Assembly (NCBI RefSeq): GCF_009695905.1
Contig: NZ_VUNA01000013.1
Location: 24,750 to 48,749 of the forward strand
Length of the DNA: 24,000 bases
DNA from: Mogibacterium kristiansenii
GTDB lineage: Bacteria > Bacillota > Clostridia > Peptostreptococcales > Anaerovoracaceae
Reading direction: 5' to 3'
Part shown: positions 7,549 through 15,164 of the stretch, piece after piece
Numbering within the stretch: the stretch's first letter is position 1
Layout of the letters: the number at the start of each line of letters is the position of its first letter
Translations under genes and position numbers: made by a program
Notes under the pieces: generated by a model
What the model saw: the letters and a program-made list of their open reading frames with translations, nothing else
Told to the model about the DNA's origin: nothing
Databases searched by the model: none

Positions 7549-7576
7549 GAAAACAGCGCAAAGAATCTTTGCGCTG
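7549..7576 (-). terminator. intrinsic terminator after the Lin0512-like gene
   Basis: The minus strand reads CAGCGCAAAG-attc-TTTGCGCTG followed by TTTTCAT, about 30 nt after the stop at 7606. Confidence 0.75.
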
Positions 7577-7605
7577 CGTTAAAGTCATAGGTTTCCGTCT
7601 TTCTT

Positions 7606-7965
7606 TTATGCATCCACGTACACGGTAAGTGCGACAATTGCGATTGTAATCTCGGTTTTCGGTTTTCCATTCAAGGCAATCCCCTCCGGGTTTGCACCGC
7701 CGTGATGCACCTCTGTTTCCACATTCCACCAGTGCAGATAATCCGTTACGATTTTCGGATCCACTTCCTCCGGATGCGGAGCATAGATGTCCGCCTTGAT
7801 AAATGCCTGCTTCTTTCGGTCGGTAATCTCAAAAATCTCTGAGATTCCTGCCATGCAGCAGTGATGGATGGCATCTTCCGTAGCCTTCCGCACCGCATTG
7901 TTCTGGTCGCCGCCGTGCATATCCACACCCTGCCCAAATTCAATTAAAAGTCTCTTCATTGCCAT
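7606..7965 (-). CDS. Lin0512-family-like small conserved protein (function unknown)
   Basis: M(A)MKRLLIEFGQGVDMHGGDQNNAVRKATEDAIHH fits my memory of the Lin0512 family N-terminus (E-x-G-x-G-x-D-x-HG ... A-x-x-A-x-x-DAI) and its ~115-aa size. The start is 7965 or 7959. The 13 upstream codons in the track run into the TnpB remnant and are probably not translated. Confidence 0.55.
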   Translation of the reverse strand: MAMKRLLIEFGQGVDMHGGDQNNAVRKATEDAIHHCCMAGISEIFEITDRKKQAFIKADIYAPHPEEVDPKIVTDYLHWWNVETEVHHGGANPEGIALNGKPKTEITIAIVALTVYVDA

Positions 7966-7990
7966 GCTGTACCTGCCACTCAAAATATGA

Positions 7991-8359
7991 TTAAATATGC
8001 TCACATCGAGATAATGTAAGATGTTTGGTTTTCACCATCTCTGCAATTGTTTTATTGCTGTAATCAGTACGAATATTATTAATCTTATGATGAAGTTTTT
8101 GTACCTTAAGCCTTTGTTTTTGTATATTTACTCTTTGAGTGGCTCCTCCTTTCTTTAAGTTTTCATACTTTCGAGAAAGACTCCTCTGTTCTCGAATGAT
8201 TTGTTTTTTATACTTACGAAGCCCATCCAGCCTACAAATCATAAGTGTAATAACGCCTATTAGTTGGAGTTCGGTTTGCCTCCTTTGCAGCTCGCATCTG
8301 TTATGTTCAATAACCCGAAACTTTAAATATGCTTTATAAGTTTCTTCCAATATTTTCAA
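7991..8359 (-). pseudogene. tnpB: remnant of an IS200/IS605-family TnpB (OrfB) gene, internal fragment only
   Basis: LSRKYENLKKGGATQRVNIQKQRLKVQKLHHKINNIRTDYSNKTIAEMVKTK matches the conserved TnpB block (LSRK...R-hydrophobic-K-hydrophobic-A-KLH-x-KI-x-N-x-R-x-D-F/Y-x-H/N-K-x-S/T...V). The downstream RuvC (IEDLN) and zinc-finger parts are missing, as is the N-terminal third. The sequence is very low in GC. Confidence 0.55.
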
Positions 8360-8693
8360 GTTCTTTTATAGAATCCTTGTTTTTTGCAAGTTCATCACTG
8401 GCTGTTGCACAATATGATTTTTGAAAAATTACATCCCATGAAAGATATTTCGCCATGCAGCCGAACTGTTTGTCAATTAACTCATACTGGATGCTGTCCA
8501 CCGGGGCTCCTCCCACAACGATTGTTCCAATTTTTTTATTTTTCAGCTTCAAACCGCGGCAGTAACATTTATCGATGATAAGTTTCAACTGTGCAGACAT
8601 TCCCCACCAATATACCGGAGTAGCAAAAAGAATCACATCTGCAGCGGCAATTTTATCAATTGTTGGATTTGTATCATCCTGGTCAACCTCCAA
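8334..8693 (-). pseudogene. 5'-truncated flavodoxin-like / NAD(P)H-dependent FMN reductase family gene
   Basis: The 119-aa ORF aligns only with the C-terminal two thirds of this family (ADVILFATPVYWWGMSAQLKLIIDK..., GTIVVGGAP). The N-terminal MKxLxIxGSPR nucleotide-binding strand is absent. The 'start' is a TTG directly abutting AAGGAG, with an in-frame TGA just upstream. Confidence 0.6.
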
Positions 8694-8788
8694 CTCCTTA
8701 TTTCATGAAATATTATACCTTTTTTCGATTATCCCGGCAATAGCCCTAAAACCCCGTAACCACGGGCTTTCCCCGTAATTTCGAGACA

Positions 8789-8816
8789 TAAAAAAACTCG
8801 AAGCAAATGCTTCGAG
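8789..8816 (-). terminator. intrinsic terminator of the tRNA operon
   Basis: The minus strand reads CTCGAAGCA-tt-TGCTTCGAG followed by TTTTTTTAT, 12 nt after the CCA end of tRNA-fMet. Confidence 0.85.
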
Positions 8817-8828
8817 ATTAGTTTCAAG

Positions 8829-8904
<76 letters not shown>

Positions 8905-8915
8905 ATATTAAGAAT

Positions 8916-9004
8916 TGGTGCCGGAAACCGGGGTCGAACCGGTACGAGAATCACTTCTCACGGGATTTTAAGTCCCGGGCGTCTGCCAATTCCGCCATTC
9001 CGGC
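8916..9004 (-). tRNA. tRNA-Leu (anticodon TAA)
   Basis: Reverse complement: GCCGGAATGGCGGAATTGGCAGACGCCCGGGACTTAAAATCCCGTGAGAAGTGATTCTCGTACCGGTTCGACCCCGGTTTCCGGCACCA. The acceptor stem is GCCGGAA/TTCCGGC and the anticodon loop is CTTAAAA. It has a long variable arm, and CCA is encoded. Confidence 0.93.
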
Positions 9005-9016
9005 GTAAAAAATAAA

Positions 9017-9091
9017 TGGCTCCGAGGGTGGGGCTCGAACCCACAACCTACCGGTTAACAGCCGGTTGCTCTGCCATTGAGCTACCTCGGA
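9017..9091 (-). tRNA. tRNA-Asn (anticodon GTT)
   Basis: Reverse complement: TCCGAGGTAGCTCAATGGCAGAGCAACCGGCTGTTAACCGGTAGGTTGTGGGTTCGAGCCCCACCCTCGGAGCCA. It folds as a clean cloverleaf with anticodon loop CTGTTAA. CCA is encoded. Confidence 0.93.
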
Positions 9092-9120
9092 TTAATTCAC
9101 CCCTTATTTGCGACTCCTAT

Positions 9121-9149
9121 AGTATACGTCATTTCGAGCTTCATGTCAA
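9121..9149 (-). promoter_or_regulatory. strong sigma-70-type promoter of the tRNA operon
   Basis: Minus strand: TTGACA (9144-9149), 17-nt spacer, TATACT (9121-9126), about 30 nt upstream of tRNA-Asn. Confidence 0.75.
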
Positions 9150-9267
9150 CACTTTTTTAAAATTCTTTTCAAAAGTGTTTTTCGTGTTCTCAAATCAAAC
9201 GTATTACTAATATATTATACACATTCGCTATGCTAATTGCAAGTCTTTATTTATTATCCCCAGGATA

Positions 9268-9299
9268 GAAGAGCTGCCGCATCCCTGCGACAGCTCTTC
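9268..9299 (-). terminator. hairpin terminator after proC
   Basis: The minus strand reads GAAGAGCTG-tcgcagggatgcgg-CAGCTCTTC, about 35 nt after the proC stop. The trailing T-tract is poor (TATCCTGGGG), so efficiency is uncertain. Confidence 0.5.
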
Positions 9300-9333
9300 C
9301 GGCAATTATAAAACCCACTAAAGAAGTAGTGTC

Positions 9334-10140
9334 TTATTTTGCGCTCTGCATAGCGATGGACTTCTCGGTCGCTGCAGTTACCCCTTCGATAACGGTAGTT
9401 CTCAGACCACCCAGCTCCAGCTCTCTAACACCGGCAATTGTGGTACCGGCCGGGGAAGAAACCATGTCCTTCAGCTCGCCCGGGTGCTTTCCGGTCTCCA
9501 AAACCATCTTTGCTGCGCCCAGTACGGTCTGTGCAGCGAATGTGTACGCCTGCTTTCTCTGCATTCCACCGTTAACGGCAGCATCTGCCATTGCTTCGAT
9601 GAACATGAATACATAAGCCGGGCCGCTTCCGCTCACACCGGTAACGATGTCGAACAGGTTCTCCGGCATGATTTCAGCCTTACCAAATGCGTTCAGAATG
9701 TTCAGTGCGCGCTGAGTTTCTTCCTCAGTTACATATTCGTTCGGGCAAGCAGCGGACATACCCTCTCCAACCTGAGCCGGAGTATTCGGCATAACACGAA
9801 CTGTTTTTACCGGCTTGCCGAACTGCTCTGCCAAGTATGCCAGAGTTCTGCCGGCACCGATGCTGATGAACAGGTGCTTATCTGTTACGTGATCCTTAAT
9901 TCCCTCGATTACGCCGGCATAGTACTGCGGCTTGATGGTCAGGAAAACAGTATCGCAGTTCTCCAGAACTTCGACGTTGCTATCGGTTACATTGATGCCG
10001 TTTACTTCCTTTGTCTTCTGTCTGCTTCCTTCGAAAGGATCTGCACCCCAGATATCCTCCGGCTTGTACAGGCCGGCCTTGATAATGCCGCCCATCATTG
10101 CATTGGCCATTACTCCGCATCCGATAAATCCAAGTTTCAT
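9334..10140 (-). CDS. proC: pyrroline-5-carboxylate reductase
   Basis: 268-aa ORF with an N-terminal Rossmann motif (KLGFIGCGVMANAM). P5CR C-terminal signatures are present (GSGPAYVFMFIEAMADAAV, VSSPAGTTIAG). AGGAG lies 7 nt upstream. Confidence 0.93.
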   Translation of the reverse strand: MKLGFIGCGVMANAMMGGIIKAGLYKPEDIWGADPFEGSRQKTKEVNGINVTDSNVEVLENCDTVFLTIKPQYYAGVIEGIKDHVTDKHLFISIGAGRTLAYLAEQFGKPVKTVRVMPNTPAQVGEGMSAACPNEYVTEEETQRALNILNAFGKAEIMPENLFDIVTGVSGSGPAYVFMFIEAMADAAVNGGMQRKQAYTFAAQTVLGAAKMVLETGKHPGELKDMVSSPAGTTIAGVRELELGGLRTTVIEGVTAATEKSIAMQSAK

Positions 10141-10245
10141 TTCATTCTCCTTTTCTTCACACTTGAGATAGTTAATTGGTTAACACCTTTTATTTATGCC
10201 ACAGGCGCTCCCGCTAGAGGAACGCCTATGGTAAAAGCAATTATA

Positions 10246-12621
10246 TTATTCGAAAGACTGTTCCGTACGTTCGATGATTTCGTCCTGCAGCGGCTTGTCC
10301 AGGTTACGGAAGAAGTCACTGTATCCGGCAACGCGGACAATCAGATCCTTGTGATCTTCCGGATGTTTCTGAGCCTCAATCAGAGTCTGACGATCTACTA
10401 CGTTAAACTGAATGTGGTGTCCATCCATTGCAAAGTAGGAACGAACCAGGCTGGCCATGTTGTTCAGACCTGCTTCACCGGCAACTACGTTCGGTGTGAA
10501 CTTCTGGTTCAGCAAGGTACCTGCGGTTGCCAGGTGATCCATCTTTGCACAAGACTTGATTACAGCGGTCGGACCGTTGGTATCTGCGGATTTCTCCGGA
10601 GAAATACCCTCGGATACCGGCTTGTGAGCCTTTCTGCCGTTCGGGGTAGCCAGGATAACGTCACCGAAGTATACGTGGCAGGTGGTCGGCAGCATGTCGA
10701 TGCCGTACTTTCCGCCTTTCATGTTCGGACGGCCAACGATGGTGTCGTGATACAGATCGAAGATTTCTCTCATCAGATCATCGGCGTAATCGTCATCGTT
10801 TCCGTACTTCGGAGTCTTATCGTGAACCAGGCTGTAGATGTAATCATAGCCTTCGAAGTCATGTTCCATTGCATCGATCAGTTCTTCCATGGTGAAGTTC
10901 TTCTCGTCGTATACGTTGTACTTAACAGATGCTACACAGTCGGTAACGGTTCCGATTCCAACACCCTGGATGTAGTTGGTGTTGTATCTTGCACCACCGG
11001 CATTGTAGTCCTTTGCGTTGGAGATGCAGTCGTTGGTTACAACGGACAGGCACGGTGCCGGCATTTCCTCTGCGTACAGTCTCTCAATTACGTTGTTTCC
11101 GCGAATCTTGATGTCAACAAAGTGCTTCAGCTGCTTCTTGAATGCAGCCCACAGCTCGTCAAAGGTCTTGAAGTCCTTCGCATATCCCAGCTGCAGACCC
11201 AGCTGCTTGCCGGAATACTCATCAAATCCGTTGAACAGAGTCAACTGGAAAATCTTCGGAATGTTCATGTATCCGGTCAGGATATATGCTTCGCTTCCCC
11301 ATGCACCGGTCTCTACGCAGCCGGAGGATCCGCCTCTTCTTGCATCTTCCAGAGATTTTCCGGCATTAATCAGCTCGGTAATCTGTGCTTCGGTGTTGTA
11401 AAATGCAGGCTGTCCCCATCCCTTTCTGGAAATTTCACAAGCTCTCTTCAGGAACTTCTGCGGAGACTTCTTGCTGATGGTCACGTTGGAGTTCGGCTGA
11501 ACCAGCTTCATCTCGTCCATGCAGTCCAGAATCAGGTAGCTGACATTGTTAACTCCGTTCTTTCCTTCCGGAGTTACACCACCGGTGTTGATGTTGGCAA
11601 AGTCGGTATATGTTGCACTCTCTTTCAGGGTGATACCTACTTTTACCGGAGCCGGCTGGTTGTAGAACTTCACCCACAGGCACTCCAGGAGCTCCAATGC
11701 GTGCTCGTCGTCCAGGATTCCTGCTTCTACGTCTGCTTCGTAGTATGGGTTCAGGTGCTGGTCCAGTCTGCCCGGGCTGAATGCGTCCCAAGGATTCAGC
11801 TCAGTGGTTACTGCCAGGTGAGTGAACCAGTACAGCTGAATTGCCTGCCAGAAAGTCTGTGGCTTGTGAGCCGGTACAACTTCCAGGTTCTTTGCAATCT
11901 GCTCCAGCTCTGCCTTTCTCTTTGGATCGGTCTCCGCTGCAGCCTTCTCAACAGCCATCTCGTGGTATCTTTCACCCAAAATGATAACCGCGTCACAGCA
12001 GATATCCATGGCCTTCAGTTCTTCCATCTTATCGGAAGCTTCCGGATCGTTCATCCAATCCAGCGCGTCCATGGTCTTCTTAATCTTTTCCTTGTAATCC
12101 AAGTAGCCGGTAGTGAATACCTGCTCTCCGCCGCATGTATGTCCCGGGCCGCGCTGTTCCATGAACTCGGTGAAGATGCCGGCTTCGTAGCAATCATGCC
12201 ATTCCGGTGTCATTCTGGACAGCAGCTTCTCACGAATGGTTCTGCCCTTCCAGAACGGGATGATTTCTGCAGCCTGCAGCTTGCGATCTTCTTCTGTAGT
12301 ATGGAAGGAAACCAGCTTTCTTTCACTCATAACCTTCATATCCTCTTCGCTGTGGCAGCACAGCTCCGGGAATGTTGGGGAAGCCTGTGGGTTCTTACCT
12401 TTCTCACCCAGAATCAGCTCATCATCGCCGAAGTACAGGGTCTTCTTGGAAAAGTATTCCTTCAGAGTCATCGCTCTCATTACCGGAACAGAATACTTTC
12501 CGTCGTTTTCCTTGTAAAAATCTGTTTCGATTTTTGCTCTCTCCAGGTCGATGTGAACCGGCGTGGTTACACTCTGTTCTCTCAGGCGCTGGATTCTTTC
12601 GTTCATACCGCGTTTTGCCAT
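10246..12621 (-). CDS. hypD: glycyl radical enzyme, probable trans-4-hydroxy-L-proline dehydratase
   Basis: 791 aa. The C-terminal glycyl radical motif is present (DLIVRVAGYSDFF), as is the thiyl Cys loop with Glu (GGSSGCVETG). The PFL-fold length is typical of dehydratase-type glycyl radical enzymes. The gene sits between its activase and proC, the arrangement described for HypD. GGAGG lies upstream, and the ATG is 3 nt after the activase stop. Confidence 0.78.
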   Translation of the reverse strand: MAKRGMNERIQRLREQSVTTPVHIDLERAKIETDFYKENDGKYSVPVMRAMTLKEYFSKKTLYFGDDELILGEKGKNPQASPTFPELCCHSEEDMKVMSERKLVSFHTTEEDRKLQAAEIIPFWKGRTIREKLLSRMTPEWHDCYEAGIFTEFMEQRGPGHTCGGEQVFTTGYLDYKEKIKKTMDALDWMNDPEASDKMEELKAMDICCDAVIILGERYHEMAVEKAAAETDPKRKAELEQIAKNLEVVPAHKPQTFWQAIQLYWFTHLAVTTELNPWDAFSPGRLDQHLNPYYEADVEAGILDDEHALELLECLWVKFYNQPAPVKVGITLKESATYTDFANINTGGVTPEGKNGVNNVSYLILDCMDEMKLVQPNSNVTISKKSPQKFLKRACEISRKGWGQPAFYNTEAQITELINAGKSLEDARRGGSSGCVETGAWGSEAYILTGYMNIPKIFQLTLFNGFDEYSGKQLGLQLGYAKDFKTFDELWAAFKKQLKHFVDIKIRGNNVIERLYAEEMPAPCLSVVTNDCISNAKDYNAGGARYNTNYIQGVGIGTVTDCVASVKYNVYDEKNFTMEELIDAMEHDFEGYDYIYSLVHDKTPKYGNDDDYADDLMREIFDLYHDTIVGRPNMKGGKYGIDMLPTTCHVYFGDVILATPNGRKAHKPVSEGISPEKSADTNGPTAVIKSCAKMDHLATAGTLLNQKFTPNVVAGEAGLNNMASLVRSYFAMDGHHIQFNVVDRQTLIEAQKHPEDHKDLIVRVAGYSDFFRNLDKPLQDEIIERTEQSFE

Positions 12622-12624
12622 TTT

Positions 12625-13533
12625 TTAACCTCCGATCTTGGTATTCGCATATCCTGCTTCTTTGAACATCTCCGCAAATTCCTGCATTTCTTCTTTTGTA
12701 GGTGCCTGCAGGTCCGCACCTTCATATGTCATTCCGATTCTCGGGTACTTACTGCATCCGGTGTTATGGTACGGAAGCAAGTTGACCTGAGCGACATGAA
12801 TGTTGTTTTTATGAAGGAAATCGATGGTTGCCCGAATGTTCTTTTCCGTGGCGTTGACTTCCTTAATCATCGGAATTCGGATGTAGATTCGAGCTCCGTC
12901 TGCGCTCAGCCGGCACAGGTTGTCCAAAATTCGGGCATTGTCTGCCCCCATGTATTTCTTGTGAATCTCCGGATCCATCGACTTTACATCGTACAGGAAG
13001 GTGCTTACGTACGGCAGCATTGCCTTAAACCGTTCGTATGGCGCCTCACCGCAAGTGTCCACCGTGATGTCGATGCCCTGACGATGCAATTCTTTTGCCA
13101 GCGCCAGAACGTATTCCGGATCGACACTCATAACCTCTCCGCCGGAAAGGGTCACTCCGCCGCCGGACTCTTCATAGAACATCTGATCTTTCAGAAGTTC
13201 TTTCACCAAAGGACGAATCTCGTGTTCATGTCCCAGGATATCCCGGATGCTGCTCGGACAAGCCTTTACGCACTTACCGCAAAGCATGCACTTCAGCGGG
13301 TTGGTAACCGCCTTGCCATTCTCAATCTTGATGGCATCGTTTGGACAGGCTTTCATACAGAATCCGCATCCAACGCATTTTGCCTCATCAAACTGCATCT
13401 GTGGATTATACTTCTGGGTCTCCGGGTTATGGCACCAAACGCAGTGCAAAGGACATCCTTTAAAGAACACCGTCGTCCGAATTCCATCACCGTCATGCAC
13501 CGAGAATTTCTGAATATTCGTAATCGCGTGCAT
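12625..13533 (-). CDS. glycyl-radical enzyme activating enzyme (radical SAM)
   Basis: 302 aa. The radical SAM motif CPLHCVWCHN (CX3CX2C) is near the N-terminus. Two ferredoxin-type clusters follow (CVGCGFCMKACP, CMLCGKCVKACP), then the GGE SAM-binding motif (TLSGGEV). Confidence 0.93.
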   Translation of the reverse strand: MHAITNIQKFSVHDGDGIRTTVFFKGCPLHCVWCHNPETQKYNPQMQFDEAKCVGCGFCMKACPNDAIKIENGKAVTNPLKCMLCGKCVKACPSSIRDILGHEHEIRPLVKELLKDQMFYEESGGGVTLSGGEVMSVDPEYVLALAKELHRQGIDITVDTCGEAPYERFKAMLPYVSTFLYDVKSMDPEIHKKYMGADNARILDNLCRLSADGARIYIRIPMIKEVNATEKNIRATIDFLHKNNIHVAQVNLLPYHNTGCSKYPRIGMTYEGADLQAPTKEEMQEFAEMFKEAGYANTKIGG

Positions 13534-13586
13534 CTCTTTATCTCTCTTTCTGACTAAGTTATAGACCGCAGTCTATTCTTATCTTG

Positions 13587-13614
13587 ATTATACCCTCTGA
13601 CAGATAATTGTCAA
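13587..13614 (-). promoter_or_regulatory. sigma-70-type promoter of the activase-hypD-proC operon
   Basis: Minus strand: TTGACA (13609-13614), 16-nt spacer, TATAAT (13587-13592), about 50 nt upstream of the activase ATG. Confidence 0.7.
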
Positions 13615-13685
13615 GAAAAAAACTATAGTTATTCATTATTTTTATAAAGGTATTTCTTGGATTCTTTTGAACGATAGCAGACGCA

Positions 13686-13727
13686 TAAAAAAAAGGATGT
13701 CTCGCTGAAAAATTCAGTGAGACATCC
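13686..13727 (-). terminator. intrinsic terminator after the rubrerythrin gene
   Basis: The minus strand reads GGATGTCTCACTGAA-ttt-TTCAGCGAGACATCC followed by TTTTTTTT. Confidence 0.9.
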
Positions 13728-13754
13728 AAATACTCAAGTCTAACGGTGCCGGTT

Positions 13755-14297
13755 CTAGCCGAAGTATCTCTCCAGCAGACCCTTGAATGCTTTGCCGTGA
13801 CGAGCTTCGTCGCGAGCCATTTCATGAACGGTATCATGGATTGCATCCAGATTTGCAGCCTTTGCTCTCTTTGCCAAGTCGGTCTTGCCGGCAGTTGCGC
13901 CGTTCTCTGCAGCAACTCTCAGCTCCAGGTTCTTCTTGGTGCTGTCGGTAACAACGTCGCCCAGCAGTTCTGCAAACTTTGCAGCGTGCTCTGCTTCTTC
14001 GTAAGCAGCCTTCTCATAGTACATGCCAACTTCCGGATAGCCTTCTCTGTGAGCCACTCTTGCCATTGCCAGATACATACCAACCTCAGAACATTCACCT
14101 TCGAAGTTCGCTTTCAAATCTGCCAGGATATCTTCGCTCACGCCCTGTGCAACGCCAACTACGTGCTCAGCTGCCCAGCTCATTTCGTCATCCTGTTTTG
14201 TAAACTTATCGCTGCCAACGTGGCATACCGGACATTCTTCCGGCGGCTGATCTCCCTCGTGAACGTATCCGCATACCTGACATACCCATTTACTCAT
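13755..14297 (-). CDS. rbr: reverse rubrerythrin (N-terminal rubredoxin-like domain plus C-terminal diiron ferritin-like domain)
   Basis: The N-terminus has CQVCGY...CPVCHV (two CxxC pairs). A four-helix diiron domain follows with E/ExxH ligand motifs ([27 protein letters not shown]). I prefer the start at 14297 ([17 protein letters not shown] upstream) over the track start at 14330. Confidence 0.9.
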   Translation of the reverse strand: MSKWVCQVCGYVHEGDQPPEECPVCHVGSDKFTKQDDEMSWAAEHVVGVAQGVSEDILADLKANFEGECSEVGMYLAMARVAHREGYPEVGMYYEKAAYEEAEHAAKFAELLGDVVTDSTKKNLELRVAAENGATAGKTDLAKRAKAANLDAIHDTVHEMARDEARHGKAFKGLLERYFG

Positions 14298-14375
14298 AAT
14301 TCTTACCTCTCTTTCATGAACCTTTTTCAAACTATACTGTATTCGAAAGGTTTACTTTACTTATCTCGTATAGTT

Positions 14376-14404
14376 AGTATAATCGTTTCCGCTTTGGAAG
14401 TCAA
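14376..14404 (-). promoter_or_regulatory. sigma-70-type promoter of the rubrerythrin gene
   Basis: Minus strand: TTGACT (14399-14404), 17-nt spacer, TATACT (14376-14381). Inverted repeats abut the -10 (see findings). Confidence 0.65.
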
Positions 14405-14577
14405 CCCCTCTTTTAAATACTTCACGGAATACTCATATTGGATGGCGAAAGTGTTTTTATGAGGGGATATCCGGAGGTTAGACGGATTGAACAAAAACGC
14501 GTCACACCTTGTTTTATACTTCTAACTGTGGTATTCTATGTAGAGATTATACAGGCAAAACGGGAGGATTCACCACC

Positions 14578-15003
14578 ATGGAAATACGGAAATCATCCGA
14601 AGATTATCTGGAAACGATGCTGATGCTCAAGGAACAGAACGGATATGTTCGCTCCATTGACATTGCAAAACATCTGAATGTGACAAAGCCGAGCGTTTCC
14701 TACGCTACCAAACGGCTTCGGGAGAACGGCTATATTGAAATGAACAACGATGGGCTGATTACGCTGACCGATTCCGGGATGGCCATCGCTCATAAGATCC
14801 TGGACCGCCACAAGATGCTTTCCCAGTTTCTGATTATGCTGGGCGTGGACAAGGATGTTGCCGACGAGGATGCTTGCAACATCGAGCACGATATCAGCAA
14901 CGAGTCCTTCGAAGCGATTTGCAATCACGTGAATAATTTCATGTCCGAATGCCCGAGAATCAATTCCTTCGCACCGGATTGCGAAGGCCGGACACGGGAA
15001 TAG
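14578..15003 (+). CDS. DtxR/MntR-family metal-dependent transcriptional repressor
   Basis: 141 aa. MEIRKSSEDYLETMLMLKEQNGYVRSIDIAKHLNVTKPSVSYATKRLRENGYI is the DtxR-type winged HTH. The dimerisation/metal domain follows (DRHKMLSQFLI...DACNIEHDIS). GGGAGGA lies 9 nt upstream of the ATG at 14578. It is the only plus-strand gene I accept. Confidence 0.88.
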   Translation: MEIRKSSEDYLETMLMLKEQNGYVRSIDIAKHLNVTKPSVSYATKRLRENGYIEMNNDGLITLTDSGMAIAHKILDRHKMLSQFLIMLGVDKDVADEDACNIEHDISNESFEAICNHVNNFMSECPRINSFAPDCEGRTRE

Positions 15004-15073
15004 CACAACGGTACTTCAAGCCTTTGCGGGATTTCTTGCACCAAGTCCCGGGCCCGCCGCCAAGCGAAAACAT

Positions 15074-15118
15074 GAAAGACCTGTATCGTCTGGCTTTAGC
15101 TGACGATACAGGTCTTTT
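15074..15118. terminator. bidirectional terminator between the convergent regulator gene and fhs
   Basis: GAAAGACCTGTATCGTC-tggctttagct-GACGATACAGGTCTTTTC forms a 17-bp stem. It is T-rich on the plus side (TTTTCTTAT) and moderately so on the minus side. Confidence 0.8.
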
Positions 15119-15164
15119 CTTATGCTTATTGTCAGAGCAGCCAAGGCTGACCCTACTTTGTCTA

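Noticed and set aside
7508-7943. Minus-strand ORFs of 73 aa (7508-7729) and 65 aa (7746-7943).
   Set aside because: Both are off-frame overlaps of the Lin0512-like gene and its terminator, with Arg/Cys-rich translations and no translation signals.
8334-8693. An intact flavodoxin-family gene.
   Set aside because: The ORF lacks the ~55 N-terminal residues of the fold. It 'starts' at a TTG with zero spacing from AAGGAG and has an in-frame TGA just upstream. It is reported as a truncated pseudogene instead.
9016-9210. A 64-aa plus-strand ORF.
   Set aside because: It starts inside tRNA-Asn on the opposite strand and runs through the tRNA operon promoter. This is a chance ORF.
9484-13557. A 1357-aa stop-free plus-strand ORF spanning proC, hypD and the activase.
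   Set aside because: It is antisense to three genes whose minus-strand products carry unmistakable family motifs (RVAGYS, GCVE, CX3CX2C, the P5CR signatures). The plus-strand translation is low-complexity (L/V/Q/C/H-rich) with no motif, no SD and no promoter. Open antisense frames of this kind arise when the sense genes avoid TTA/CTA/TCA codons.
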